Assembly (NCBI GenBank): GCA_008632985.1
Contig: QPGO01000022.1
Coordinates: 124,001 to 188,000, forward strand
From: Psammoneis japonica
Lineage: Eukaryota
Direction: 5' to 3'
DNA: 64,000 nt
Part shown: piece by piece, positions 50,507 to 61,932 of the stretch
Layout: each line of letters opens with the position of its first letter
Numbering within the stretch: the first letter of the stretch is position 1
Notes under the pieces: model-generated
The model's database searches: none
What the model was told of the DNA's origin: nothing
What the model saw: the letters and a program-made list of their open reading frames with translations, nothing else
Program-made: the position numbers and the translations under genes

Positions 50507-51424
50507 TCATGTTTGGTTTCTCACGCTTCTTGGAGATAAATTCTCTGTGCTGTGTCCTTGACTTGATTTTATCCTACCCAGTGTCGAAGTTGTTGCTAGA
50601 TCAAACTTTGCCTTTCCTACAAGTGCCGAATTCAAAATAGAATGGAACAGTTTCTTCTGGACGTTCCTGGGTTCCATTGTTGAATCGTCTTGTATTGACG
50701 CTGCCCGAGATACACAGCCCAGACATTCATAACGCAGCTCCTCATTAGATACCACGAGTTCCAAAGCATTTGCCACTGAAGCAAACGCAATTGCCGAAGA
50801 GTCTACTTGAACAAACTCGTACTTGTTCACGGCCAGCTCCGTCTGGAATCGGGCAATCTCAAAAATGGTGTCTTTTGTTTCCTCGTCGAGAGAAGACAAG
50901 AGACTCACAAAACAACGGACAAAAGCCAGAGCAGTTGGAGCATTCACTCTCCATTCCAGGGCTTCAAGAATTGCAAGCTCCATGGTTGTGACTTCCTCTT
51001 CGGTGTAGGAGCCTCTGCTTAAATGTGATACCATTGCCGGCTCCATGACACGGGTCTCGTAGAGCTTCGTCGTCATGTACAAGGCTGTCATCGACGCGAG
51101 TTGGTAGTCTTTCCTACTCTTCAATGCGTGGAAGCCAGACTCTGTCGATACATAGCGATCAAGTATGGAAACGGAGATCGCCACGGTTTCTCTCGTGAGC
51201 TTGCACAAGTCAACAATCTGGTAACACCAATCTGCCATTTTGAATCGGCATTCAGCATCAATGGGTGCCGCCCATCCTGTCAACCCCGAATCTGTCTTTC
51301 CAAGTTTCGAAAGAAAGTCCGGGCACTGGTAGGTGCCTCGTTCCTGCCTTCGCATCGCCGCAACGTTCCGTTTCGCGTCTTCGGCGTCCATCAACCAAGT
51401 TCGTGTGTTATTGCTACTCATCAT
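50507..51424 (-). CDS. Cyclin, diatom-specific (dsCYC) type
   Basis: Cyclin box CRFKMADWCYQIVD...RETVAIS.SILDRY...YQLASMTALY..TKLYE...MELAIL.AL.W. Confidence 0.92.
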   Translation of the reverse strand: MMSSNNTRTWLMDAEDAKRNVAAMRRQERGTYQCPDFLSKLGKTDSGLTGWAAPIDAECRFKMADWCYQIVDLCKLTRETVAISVSILDRYVSTESGFHALKSRKDYQLASMTALYMTTKLYETRVMEPAMVSHLSRGSYTEEEVTTMELAILEALEWRVNAPTALAFVRCFVSLLSSLDEETKDTIFEIARFQTELAVNKYEFVQVDSSAIAFASVANALELVVSNEELRYECLGCVSRAASIQDDSTMEPRNVQKKLFHSILNSALVGKAKFDLATTSTLGRIKSSQGHSTENLSPRSVRNQT

Positions 51425-52141
51425 GGCAACACTGACGAAAAGAGAAATACTCACTTTAGAAGACTCTTGGTGAAATGAGTTGACGCACGGATTATTTGCG
51501 GTTTTTGGTTTAGACTGTCATGTCGACAAGCTAAACTGAGCTTTCTCGTTTGATAGAAAAACGTGGTACAAAACCAAAACGTGACGAAAGACAAGCCCCT
51601 CCATCCTCGCGTTCAAAAATTGAAAAATTCGTTTGTGACGAACAATTATTGGGCAAAATGGAAGGAAGACTTTTGCTTTTAAACATTTAACGAGTGTCCC
51701 GAAAAACATTTATGGTACAAAACAATTATTGCTAAATGATTGACCTAGATACTTGAAAGGTTGTATTTACTCATTATGTCTTTTTGTCATAAATAATCCT
51801 TCGTGTCGAATAGCAAATAAATGTCTTCGCGTTGGATTGGCGACATCATATATTGTGTGAGAACAACACAGACAAAGAGACGGACAAGACGACAAGTCAA
51901 CAAGACCGGCCAAACGTGATGAGTGCGCGCGGCGAGTGCGAGCCTGCGCGCAAGAAAAAATTGAAAAATTGAGCCACGTCAAATTCTACATACGTAAGTT
52001 TCAATAGAAGTTCTACGCATTAGCCGCATGGCATGGCCACCACACGCGATACCGGTAACGAGTAGCAAGAAGGGAAGCGCACAACACAGTGTTGTTTTTG
52101 CTACGGCTTTGATCTTACCGAAAGCTAGCTAGAGATAAGCA

Positions 52142-54672
52142 ATGGACTTCATCAAGGACCTGAACATTGATAAGATCCGCAATGCGGCAGAGGACGCGTA
52201 AGTTTGCCAAAGAAGCACGTCGATAGGCTCGGTCTCTTCAGGTAGTGGAGTCATGGATGAGTCGGCGGCACGTTGGGGGTCGTCGTGGGCGTCAGTACAC
52301 TCTCTACGTGATCTTGCGAAGTCATCGTGGGTCATTTTTTCAAGTTAGCTCCTCTCATCACTTCTATTTCTTTGTTTTGATAGGTACAATCAGGCTAAGC
52401 CCAAAACAGATGTAGAGGCACGTGTGTACGAGGTGCTTTCGCACAAGAATTGGGGTTCGTCGTCGACTTTGATGAACGAAATCGCTCGGGATACCAATGA
52501 CTACGACAAGTGTGAGTTTCATGCGCGTTTTGCATAGCTTTGCAAGTTGAGCTATTGGAAACTGACTTATGATCCATTCTATTCCTACTATCGAATAATG
52601 TACCGCAGTTCCCATCATCTCCAAAATTATGTGGGAGTCCATGGAGAATCAGCGGCCGGCTGCGTGGAGGGTTGTGTTCAAGGGTCTCACTCTGTTGGAG
52701 CACCTGATCAAGAACGGGAACGAGCGATGCGTGGACGATGCCAGGAATCATTCGCATACGCTCCGTGCTCTACATCAATTCAATTACTACGAGGGGACTG
52801 TGGATCGCGGCCTTGGTGTGCGTGAAAAGTCAAAGCAACTGGTGGAACTCCTTGGCGATGACGAGCGAATCCGAGAAGAACGTTCCAAGGCCCGACAATT
52901 GCGAGAGAAATTCGGCGGAAATGCCAGTGGAGTTGGCGGTGGTGGATCTAGGTATGCCGGGTACGGAAATGATGGAGGTGGTTGGAATAGCGGTGGTGGA
53001 GGAGACGGAGGATATGATAACGACGACCGTGGTTGGAACAGCGGCGGAGGCTACGGTGACGGCGGCATTGGGTCTTCGAGGGGAGGCAGTGGTGGCGGTG
53101 GATACAGTGGCCGATACTCGGAAGATCGCGAATCGTCGTCACCTGCTGCAGCGTCCTCCTCTACGCCAACCTTTGCCACCCTTCCAGAGGAGGGGACTAA
53201 GAAGAGCAAGTCGACCAAGTCAAAGAAGACCAAGAAGAAAAAGAAGTCACAGGCGGCAGTTACAGAAACCAACGCCGCGGCTGAATCTGGTACGTTTTCA
53301 TGCATGTTTCAATATGTTGCTCTCCGCACATGATTGAACCGCCCCTCTCTTACCCACCAATTTTCCTTGTTGTTTGTGTATAGAAGTTGATTTGTTTTCG
53401 TTTGACGCTCCAGCACCGGCTCCTGCTGCTGTTCCCGCAGCGGACGATGATGGATTCGATGATTTTCAGTCGGCGAGTGCTACTCCTACAACTGCGGTGC
53501 CAGATCCGTTCGCAGCCGCCGCTGCTCCGACACAGCCGCAGGCTTCGTTTAATGCTTTTGGAGGAAACGTCGCTCAGCAACAGCCTGTTATGCCTCAGCA
53601 GAACGCGCAGTTTGATGCTTTTGGAGCTCAACAAGCCGCCAACAACAACATGGGAGCAGTGAACAACATGTTTGGCAGTATGAGCATGCAACAGAACCAA
53701 AACATGATGGGAAATGGCGGCAATATGATGGGTGGACAGCAGAATGCGATGGGTAACCCTATGAACGGAACGAGCTCTGCCGCTAACAGTGCTCCCGCAG
53801 TGACTTCAGCGAACGACGGTGGAGATGAATTTTTTGGCGACTTTGAGGACGCTGCTCCCGCTCAAAACAAGAGCGTGTCTTCTGACCCTCTAAGTAAGCT
53901 CATTAGCCTGGACTCTTTGACAAAGAATAAGAAAGAAGAGAACAAGCTGGACGAGCCCATCGTTGCTACCCCCGCCGCCGCTCAGTATGTGCAGAATCAA
54001 CAGCAGCCCGACGCATCCGCTAAGAAGGGAGCTGGTTCTGAAATGAGTTTCAATGGAATTGACGGGCTAAACAAAACAGCCAATCTCAGTAAGAAAACGA
54101 CTACCAGCAATCGTCAACCCGGCCAACCAATTTTTGCAGAAGGGAATGCATCTAGCGGAAACGCAAGCTTGATTGGTATGCTGAGTCCGGATGTCATGAT
54201 GAATAACCAACGGCAGCATCAGCAGCCTCAACAAGGTATGATGCAATCACCGCAACCGCAAGGTCAATACGGACAAATGAATCAAGGTGTGAATATGCAA
54301 GGTATGATGAACCCAGGAATGAACATGCAAGCTGGGGGCATGAATAATATGCAAGGCGCTGCGATGAACCAAGGCATGAATATGCAAGGTCAATACGGAC
54401 AAATGAACCAAGGTATGAACATGCAAGGCGGCGGCATGAATAGTATGCAGGGCGGAGGCATCAATAGTATGCAGAGCGGAGGCATGAATAGTATGCAGAG
54501 CGGAGGCATGAATAGTATGCAGGGTGGAGGCATGAACTATATGCAAGGAAATGCGCAAATGGGTATGAACAACATGCAGGGAATGAGCAGTGGCCAGATG
54601 GGAATGATGGGTGGACAAGCCGGCGCATCAAATCCGCAAATGGGCGGCCAGAATATGGCAGGATGGCAGTGA
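52142..54672 (+). CDS. Epsin/ENTH-domain clathrin adaptor (epsinR/CLINT1-like)
   Basis: Exons 52142-52197, 52384-52511, 52609-53289 and 53384-54672. ENTH motifs WGSSSTLMNEIA, WRVVFKGLTLLEHL and DRGLGVREKS; DDGFDDF motifs; Met/Gln/Gly-rich tail. Confidence 0.92.
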
Positions 54673-54713
54673 GGATATTAACAGACATACAAGAATGAGT
54701 GTCTCTTTTCACC

Positions 54714-54822
54714 TACTGAATCGAAGCTACAGTTCACTTGCTGGCGGAGAAATCGATGCAATATCCTTGATCTACCTCTCGTGATCCCGTAACTGCTTAT
54801 GCTTGAGTTTGAAAGTAGGTTA
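54714..54822 (-). repeat. Degenerate duplicate of the 3' end of the acyl-CoA synthetase gene
   Basis: 54714-54822 aligns to 54869-54983 with indels. Confidence 0.85.
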
Positions 54823-54882
54823 ATCGAGATTATAGACGAAGAAATAATGCGTTTCTCTTTTAACTTCTACACTGAATCGAAA

Positions 54883-57310
54883 TTAGAGTTTGCTTGCTGG
54901 AGGAGGGATCGATGCATACAAATCCTTGATCTCCTTCTCGTAGTGATCCCGCAACTGCTTACGCTTGAGTTTGAAAGTGGGTGTAACGAGATCGTTCTCT
55001 GGGCTAAAAACATTTGGTTCCAGGTAAATTGCTTTTGGAGTTTCAAAACCGTGGAGGCCGTTGGACTTCGCGACTTCTCGAATGTCACTTAGGATAGCAT
55101 CATTTAGCTCGTCCAGCTGACAAAGCTCAGAAAAGGATAGTTTGGAAAGGCTTTCGTCCTTGGAAGCAGCCCAAGCTCGAACTGGATCCTCGTCGGGGAC
55201 GATGACGCACACAAGGGAGCTCTGAAACGAGTCTCCGTGAACAAAGCACTGGCTTACTAGCGGAGAACGTGAGAAAACATTCTCGCATTTTTCCGGTGCA
55301 ACGTACTCTAGTCAATTAAAGAAAATGCAACCATTGGGACATCAAAGATGATACAAAACGGGTGAGCTAAAGCCTCAACAAGAAAAGGAAGAATCAAAAT
55401 GTGCTACGCACCTCCTTGCGCAAGCTTGAAAATGTTCTTCTTGCGATCGATAATCTGTAAATGACCCTGCATTGTCCAAAGCCCAATGTCCCCACTGTGT
55501 AACCACCCGTCATCATCGAGCATCTCTTTCGTCTTTTCTTCCTCTTTATAGTATCCTTTGAATACATTTGGTCCGCGGACCCAGATCTCCCCTCGGCCTT
55601 GACAAGGCTGTCCGCGATGGTTTGTATCGTTATGAGAATAACCCATTTCCGGTACGTCGACAAGGACAATCTCACAGCAGTCAACAGGGCCTCCTACGTG
55701 CCCTACCGTCGACATGTCATCAACGCTGCTAATCGTTGCAGCAGCAGACCCTTCCGTCTGGCCATACCCTCCACGACGCAGATGCCCAGCATGCATCTGA
55801 AGAAGGTCATGACGTTTTCACTCAAAGGAGCAGATCCGCTCACCATGAAGCGTAAATGATCCATCCCAAGAGCTTTCTTCAACTTATTGAATATCAAGCG
55901 GTCGTACAGTGCATGTTTCAAATGACCGTGTTTAAGACCTTCTCGTTTAGCTGCAAGGCCAGCATCGAATAAGCTCTTCTTGATTCCTCCAGCTGCGGCG
56001 ATTCCAGCCATGACCTAGGTGCACGCGCAGAAATGAGTTTGATCGGTCCATGTAAGAAACGCAACGAAGATGACAAAGAAAATCACAAGTGTTGAACAAA
56101 CTCACCTTGTCGTGAATCTTGTTCAACACCCTTGGCGCAACAGGCATGATCGTCGGACGAAGCGCTTGAATATCTTCGAGCAACAAAAGCGGGTCGCCAC
56201 GAAAGAAGCCAACGCACGCCCCTGATACTAGTATCTGAGAGATGACAGCACGCTCAAAGATATGCGCAAGGGGAAGATAGGATAGATGACGATCAAAGGG
56301 AGCCGGCAAGAAAATCCGTTTCATTCCTGAGCCAGTCGAAACAAGATTCTCGTGCGTAATAAGTGCGCCCTTTGGGGTCCCAGTAGTACCTGAAGTGATA
56401 AATAGTGAGCAGATGTAAATACTTTAAGAGACTGATTGCCAGTGGCCTGTTACTGACCTGAAGTGTAGCAAAAAGTCGCTACATCCTTGCCGGAGGGAGG
56501 TGAATGCTTATGGCCACGTGTTGCAATGACCTGGGCTCCCGTGCCTTCCACCTTGGCCAAAGAGAGCACCTGGAGAGACGAATCTGTCGCCATTCGTGCT
56601 GCCTCCGGAATCACTCCATCCACCAAGATGGCATGTTTAAAAGACGGACACTCGCCCGATTTTTTCGCTTCGCAGAGATGCGGTAGTTCAGCTCTCGTAC
56701 ATACAACCGCGTTCATCGACGTTTGTGTCAAAATGTATTGCGCGGTCTCTGGTCCGAGAGTGTCGTACATTGGCACCGTGGCCCCACCAAGTGAATAGAT
56801 CGCGTGTTCAGCTAAGACCCATTCCATGCAGTTTTTCATGTAAAGGCCAATCAGAATCAAACCATCTTCGGGATTGGGTGAGACAAGGTTGAGTTCATCG
56901 AGGCCCGCTGCGAGTGCGTCTACACGTGCCACGCACTGCAAAAGTGCCATTAGTTTCATATGTACACATTGTCGTGCGTCAGTGCTCTTATGTTCTTACC
57001 TCTGTGTAACTGGAGAACAAAAATGGGGTGGCTTCTCCGCTCGTACTGACAGCCCGAAACCCTAAGCATGGGCCCAGCGGATTAATCTCGCGACCACGCC
57101 TCAAGCCTTCATAGAGCGTCCGGACGCCGTCAAAACCAAGCTGAGGATGCGCCAGTGGATCGCTGGAGCGTCGAATGTTTCCACGATCATCGCGAGAGGT
57201 GTTAGCTACCTCCAGAGATACATGGGTTTGCCAGTGGCTTCTCCCGTCCCAGGCGTCATGGCCGGTTTGCTGTTGTCCGTGAAGATCGAAGATCGGTTGC
57301 TACGTCCCAT
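54883..57310 (-). CDS. Long-chain acyl-CoA synthetase with C-terminal PTS1 (SKL); multi-exon, two apparent single-base frameshifts
   Basis: Motifs [37 protein letters not shown] and [16 protein letters not shown]; ends ASKL. Frame breaks near 57218 and 55768. Confidence 0.92.
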
Positions 57311-57542
57311 TCATACTGAAAGATACATACGTGTGATTTCGTGGGAATATATGAAAACAAAAAAGAATAAACAAGCCTCATTCACGAAAATACACATAGC
57401 GAGCGTTGAGTTGGGCAATATTTTCAATTTTTGGAGCTCGTTCCCGCCAAAACAGAAGAGAAAGGGTTGGAGTTGGAGTGATGATTCGTGTCTTCCGTGT
57501 CTCACTTTCACACCTAAACTTCCCAAGCTGGGCTTGCCCACC

Positions 57543-59009
57543 ATGGCGTCCAGAAGAACTAAGAAATCCGCCTCAAAAAACGAGCAAGGGGACATGGGTG
57601 TGGATCGTTATAAGCACGATCTAGAACAAGTGAGGTTGATGTCGAAAGGAAACAGGTCGCAAGCTGCATCAGACGTTGAATTGGGCTTGCGGGGTCTAGA
57701 TGAAGCGGAACGTTGCAGCGAGCAAGGCAATGACGCCGCCGCATTGAAAATGTACCAATCGTCAATTGAAATTCTTATTCGCTACCTTAGAGAGTCTCCA
57801 TCGCCAACTCGGTCATCTGAGATTGCAAAAAGAAACAAAGTTGAAGAACGTGTAAGAATTGCGTTGTCGGAGGCGGAACGGCTGAAGGAATCAACAAAGC
57901 GGTCGACGAGCGGCAGAGTGTTGTCATCTCTCAGTCCATCTTCTCTGTGGTCTTCGTGGGGGAGTTCTACAAAGGCAAAACAGCCAATTAGCTCTCCTCA
58001 AAATAGCAGCTCAAGTCCGGTTGGTCGCAACGCAACCCCGTCGCCACCAGAAAAAGCGGCAAAAGCCGCCACACGACGAGCTACACTCGACTACACGAAT
58101 GATCCATACGTGAAAATAGTAAAGGCGGATCTTTATGTGGATACATCAGAGTTGGAAAAGACGAAATGGGATGACATTGCCGGATTAGACAAGGCGAAGC
58201 AGTCGCTGCAAGAGGCGTGTATCCTGCCGCTTCTTCGCCCCGACCTTTTTACTGGGCTGAGAAAACCTCAAAATGTTTTACTATACGGGCCACCAGGCAC
58301 GGGCAAAACAATGTTGGTCCGAGCTGCTGCCAATGAGAGCTCGTGTTTACTTTTTGCCTGTACTGCCTCTGCACTAACCAGCAAATGGCACGGAGAGGGC
58401 GAGAAGTTGGTGCGCACCTTGTTTCGCTTGGCCAACGACGTTGCTCCGTCGATAATTTTTATTGACGAGATGGATTCTCTATTGTCAAGTCGAGGTGATG
58501 GAGAACACGAAGCAAGTCGTCGATTTAAAACTGAGTTTATGGTGCAGATGGATGGGATTGTCAACGGTGGAGCAGGAAGCGATGTCACTCATCGCGTCCT
58601 TGTGCTGGGATGCACTAACTGCCCGTGGGACGTAGATGACGCCGTTCTACGGCGCTTTCCGCGACGAATATACGTTCCATTGCCTGATGCTGATGCACGT
58701 CGCGGTCTGATAAAGAATCTATTGGAAAGGGCAGGGAAGCACAATTTGACGTCACGACATGTCTCAACTCTTGTTGGTTGGACGGAGGGGTACTCTTGCT
58801 CTGACATTTGTTCCATGGCGTCCGATGCAGCCTTTGGACCTCTCCGATCGCTCAGCAATTTAGACGCCATTCGAAACATCGAGACACAAGACGTACGGCC
58901 CATAACGATCAAAGACTTTGAAAACGCGAGGAGCAGCTGCAAAAAGAGTGTCTCACCTACACTTTTGGAAAAATACAAGAAATGGGAAAAACAGCAAGCA
59001 TCATCCTAA
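57543..59009 (+). CDS. Spastin/fidgetin-like microtubule-severing AAA ATPase with MIT-like N-terminus
   Basis: Motifs WDDIAGL, LLRPDLFTGLR, GPPGTGKT, IFIDEMDS, EHEASRRFKTEF and TEGYS. Likely start is MASRR at 57543. Confidence 0.9.
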   Translation: MASRRTKKSASKNEQGDMGVDRYKHDLEQVRLMSKGNRSQAASDVELGLRGLDEAERCSEQGNDAAALKMYQSSIEILIRYLRESPSPTRSSEIAKRNKVEERVRIALSEAERLKESTKRSTSGRVLSSLSPSSLWSSWGSSTKAKQPISSPQNSSSSPVGRNATPSPPEKAAKAATRRATLDYTNDPYVKIVKADLYVDTSELEKTKWDDIAGLDKAKQSLQEACILPLLRPDLFTGLRKPQNVLLYGPPGTGKTMLVRAAANESSCLLFACTASALTSKWHGEGEKLVRTLFRLANDVAPSIIFIDEMDSLLSSRGDGEHEASRRFKTEFMVQMDGIVNGGAGSDVTHRVLVLGCTNCPWDVDDAVLRRFPRRIYVPLPDADARRGLIKNLLERAGKHNLTSRHVSTLVGWTEGYSCSDICSMASDAAFGPLRSLSNLDAIRNIETQDVRPITIKDFENARSSCKKSVSPTLLEKYKKWEKQQASS

Positions 59010-59082
59010 CAACTTGCTAGTTCCTGATATTGAGTACTAAAGGGAAGAGCCTGGAACTATGTTGCAGATCACGTTTCTGCCG

Positions 59083-59898
59083 TTACAGCGTTAGCCGACG
59101 AGGTCTTGAGTAGCGGTACGTGATGCCTGCAGCAAGCGCTTCTTCGTCTTCTTCCTGCACAATCCAGTACTCTTCTTCTTCTTCTTTTTGCGTCGTCCTC
59201 CTCTTATCCTCTTCTGCTTGCTCTTCGGCCAACAGCTCGTCCTCCGCTGACATTAGTGTCTTGTGAACAGAGTCAATTGTGGTAACAAAGTTCATCACGA
59301 TATTCGCGAACTCGTTGTAATCAAGGCACACAATGTCTTGCGAGTAGGAAAGAGTATATTCTAAAACGTCAGAGGTTTCGTCTAACGAGATGGTGGCACC
59401 GTTTGTCTTTTGACCCAAGTAGTTCATCTCGAGTGCTTTCCGCATCATGCGGTAGGCGAGATCCTTGTTGTCGTCGTTGAGGTCAATCACGTGAACAACT
59501 GTGTAGATAAAGAAAGACTTTGTGTCTTTTGGTACTTCAATGACAATACAGAAATCATTGTAGTAAAAGCCACAGATTCCACGGTTGTTGATGTGAAGAT
59601 CGAACTCCATATACTCTCCGTGTATTCTGAGAAGATCCTTCTCTATTTCCTTCGAAAGCTTTCGTACGTACCCATCCATAACACCACGCAATTTTACAGT
59701 CTCCTCAGCCAAATCAAGGCGCATTGGCACATTGAAGCGTATAGATGGACACTTCCTGGCCTTAAAGAGAGCTTTTCGCACCATGTTAGCTAGTATTCTT
59801 TTGTGGTTGCTTGCCACTGACCCCCTATTCGAGGGAGTTGAACAGGCGTGTGTATTTGGCATTGGTGCGGTTTCCAATTTTTCCATAGAGATGTTCAT
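59083..59898 (-). CDS. CesT/Tir-chaperone-like domain protein
   Basis: G.CGF.Y..F.IVIEVP....FFIYT...ALEMNYL...T.GAT.SLD pattern. Confidence 0.7.
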   Translation of the reverse strand: MNISMEKLETAPMPNTHACSTPSNRGSVASNHKRILANMVRKALFKARKCPSIRFNVPMRLDLAEETVKLRGVMDGYVRKLSKEIEKDLLRIHGEYMEFDLHINNRGICGFYYNDFCIVIEVPKDTKSFFIYTVVHVIDLNDDNKDLAYRMMRKALEMNYLGQKTNGATISLDETSDVLEYTLSYSQDIVCLDYNEFANIVMNFVTTIDSVHKTLMSAEDELLAEEQAEEDKRRTTQKEEEEEYWIVQEEDEEALAAGITYRYSRPRRLTL

Positions 59899-60212
59899 GA
59901 AACGACACTTAAATGATTCTTTCAGCTTACTCTCTAGTAAGGTACCGTAGCTTGGTGCTTGGTCAAGCTAGCTAAAGACAGTTACTGGGTTGGGTCTGAT
60001 TTTGAGTCTGAGATGATGAATGCGAGTCTGCTATGACGTCACGAAAGCCCATATCCTAATATAATGAATTTGCCTCGATTTTTGTTCTGCTGGTGCCTCC
60101 GCTCTCTTCCATCTTTTCAAACTCAACCGAGGAACTTGCCGCCAACAGCTAGCCGGGAGCGAGAAAGCAACACACAACACACAACAACGCGTCTCAATCA
60201 CAAACTTGGAAC

Positions 60213-61508
60213 ATGGCAATGATTCATCAAAGTACAACAGCACGTTCCTTTTTAGCGGGTGCCGCTACCACTCTTACTCTTGTGTACCTTAAATCATGGC
60301 TGTTGAAAAAGAAACAGCATTCTGGCACGACTAACGCAACCCGACGACAACAGCAGCAGTTGCTCTTGTTGGATTCCCCCGATTTGGATCAACGCATGAT
60401 TCGAAAGGCGGAAGCCGCCATTCGGAACCGAACCTCTCGATTGGTCGTAGTGATTGAACGCTGTACGAATGATTTCAATTACTCTGCAATTCTCCGGACG
60501 GTCGAAGCTCTCGGCATTCAGCACGTTTACATTGTTGAACCGCCCAGGAAAAATCCTCAAGGCAGCGAAGTTCTCGTTTCCAGTAACAAGGGGCAAGTCG
60601 TCAAGAACGTGACCGCGGAAGAAATCTCGCAACGAAATCAGCACGCCTTGTTCGCTCAGCGAGCTTTAGAATGGTTAGATCTTCATGAATACGACACTAC
60701 TGAAAAGTGTCTCGAGCATTTACAAAGAGACTTGGGATACAAAGTTTGGGCGACCGACTTGTCTCAACACGCGTCATGTCTGACGCCCGAAGGGTTGGAA
60801 AACGCATGTCCCAGTCGAAATATTGATGGTAATTCATCTTTGGTGCTCCCAGAAAAGTTGGCAATCGTCTTTGGAACTGAAGCTGTCGGCTGTTCCAATT
60901 ACATGTTGGAGAATGCCGATTTGCGTGTCTACTTGCCCTTGGTGGGATATGCCGACAGTTTGAATTTATCTGTGGCCACAGCTTTGGTCATTCAACAATT
61001 GTTTCATTTGGATCCATCACTCAAAGCAAGCATGTCGGAAGAGGAACGCCAAGCTTTGCGACAAAAATGGTTTACGAAGCTGGCGTCGCAACGACTCTTG
61101 ACCTCCAAGCAGAAAAAGACCAAGACACGGCTCACTTCTCAAATCAGGGCATGTGAGGAAACAAAAGCAAAACAAGATCGCGGCGAACACTTGCATGAAC
61201 CTCAGTTGGAAAAGCTTGCCCAGCTATCTGTACTTCGGAAGGAACTAGAACAACTGGAGGATGACCTGTACAAGAAGGCGTCTGCGGCGGTACAAGAGTT
61301 GGTGCAGCATCCACCTGAACCTTTGGATGACATGAGACGTGCTGATGTACATAGAGCATGTTTTGTTGGGCGCAATACCAAGGCCAGGTATACCAGTGAG
61401 TGGAAGGACATGCCCGCCACTGCAAACATGCAAACGCACGCAACAACGTCTAGCTATTTTCGAAATCTAGCGAATGAAAACAATGATGACGACGACGTCG
61501 TGAATTGA
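60213..61508 (+). CDS. SpoU/TrmH family RNA 2'-O-methyltransferase (tRNA Gm18-like)
   Basis: NYSAILRTVEALG, AIVFGTEAVG and LPLVGYADSLNLSVA SPOUT motifs. Confidence 0.92.
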   Translation: MAMIHQSTTARSFLAGAATTLTLVYLKSWLLKKKQHSGTTNATRRQQQQLLLLDSPDLDQRMIRKAEAAIRNRTSRLVVVIERCTNDFNYSAILRTVEALGIQHVYIVEPPRKNPQGSEVLVSSNKGQVVKNVTAEEISQRNQHALFAQRALEWLDLHEYDTTEKCLEHLQRDLGYKVWATDLSQHASCLTPEGLENACPSRNIDGNSSLVLPEKLAIVFGTEAVGCSNYMLENADLRVYLPLVGYADSLNLSVATALVIQQLFHLDPSLKASMSEEERQALRQKWFTKLASQRLLTSKQKKTKTRLTSQIRACEETKAKQDRGEHLHEPQLEKLAQLSVLRKELEQLEDDLYKKASAAVQELVQHPPEPLDDMRRADVHRACFVGRNTKARYTSEWKDMPATANMQTHATTSSYFRNLANENNDDDDVVN

Positions 61509-61932
61509 ATTGCGTAGTGGGGACGACATGAATGATGGCGAAGCGAAGGCGAAAGAGACAAGAATGAATCACATAGCATATGTTTTAGTACGCGCTATCA
61601 CTACTTCTCATAACTTCACAGCGGCGCTCCCAATTACCGTATGATATTCAATAGTATGAATAGCAAGCTCCTCCTCCTCCTCCCCGACTCAGCTTCATTA
61701 TTCACGATTCGGCAGTCGTGTTTCGCATAACATTCTGAAGTCTTGAATATTTGGAATGATCGAGCAGGATTTTTGGCGCGAAACTTCTGGTGGCTCAAGT
61801 CACGCCGCGCCCCCGTACCATAACTTATCGTCACCGCATTCGAGCATTCAGCTGAATGCGCTTGATGTGATTGACGACCCTGCTCTCACGTATACATCGA
61901 GGATGTGTCCGAAATCCCTTCAGGATAACACT

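Noticed and set aside
57300..57314. ATG AAT GGG ACG TAG in frame with ACSL exon 1, suggesting stop readthrough
   Set aside because: A single-base deletion near 57218 explains the frame more simply.
57147..57542. N-terminal extension of the spastin-like ORF
   Set aside because: It overlaps the divergent ACSL first exon and promoter. MASRR at 57543 is the more plausible start.
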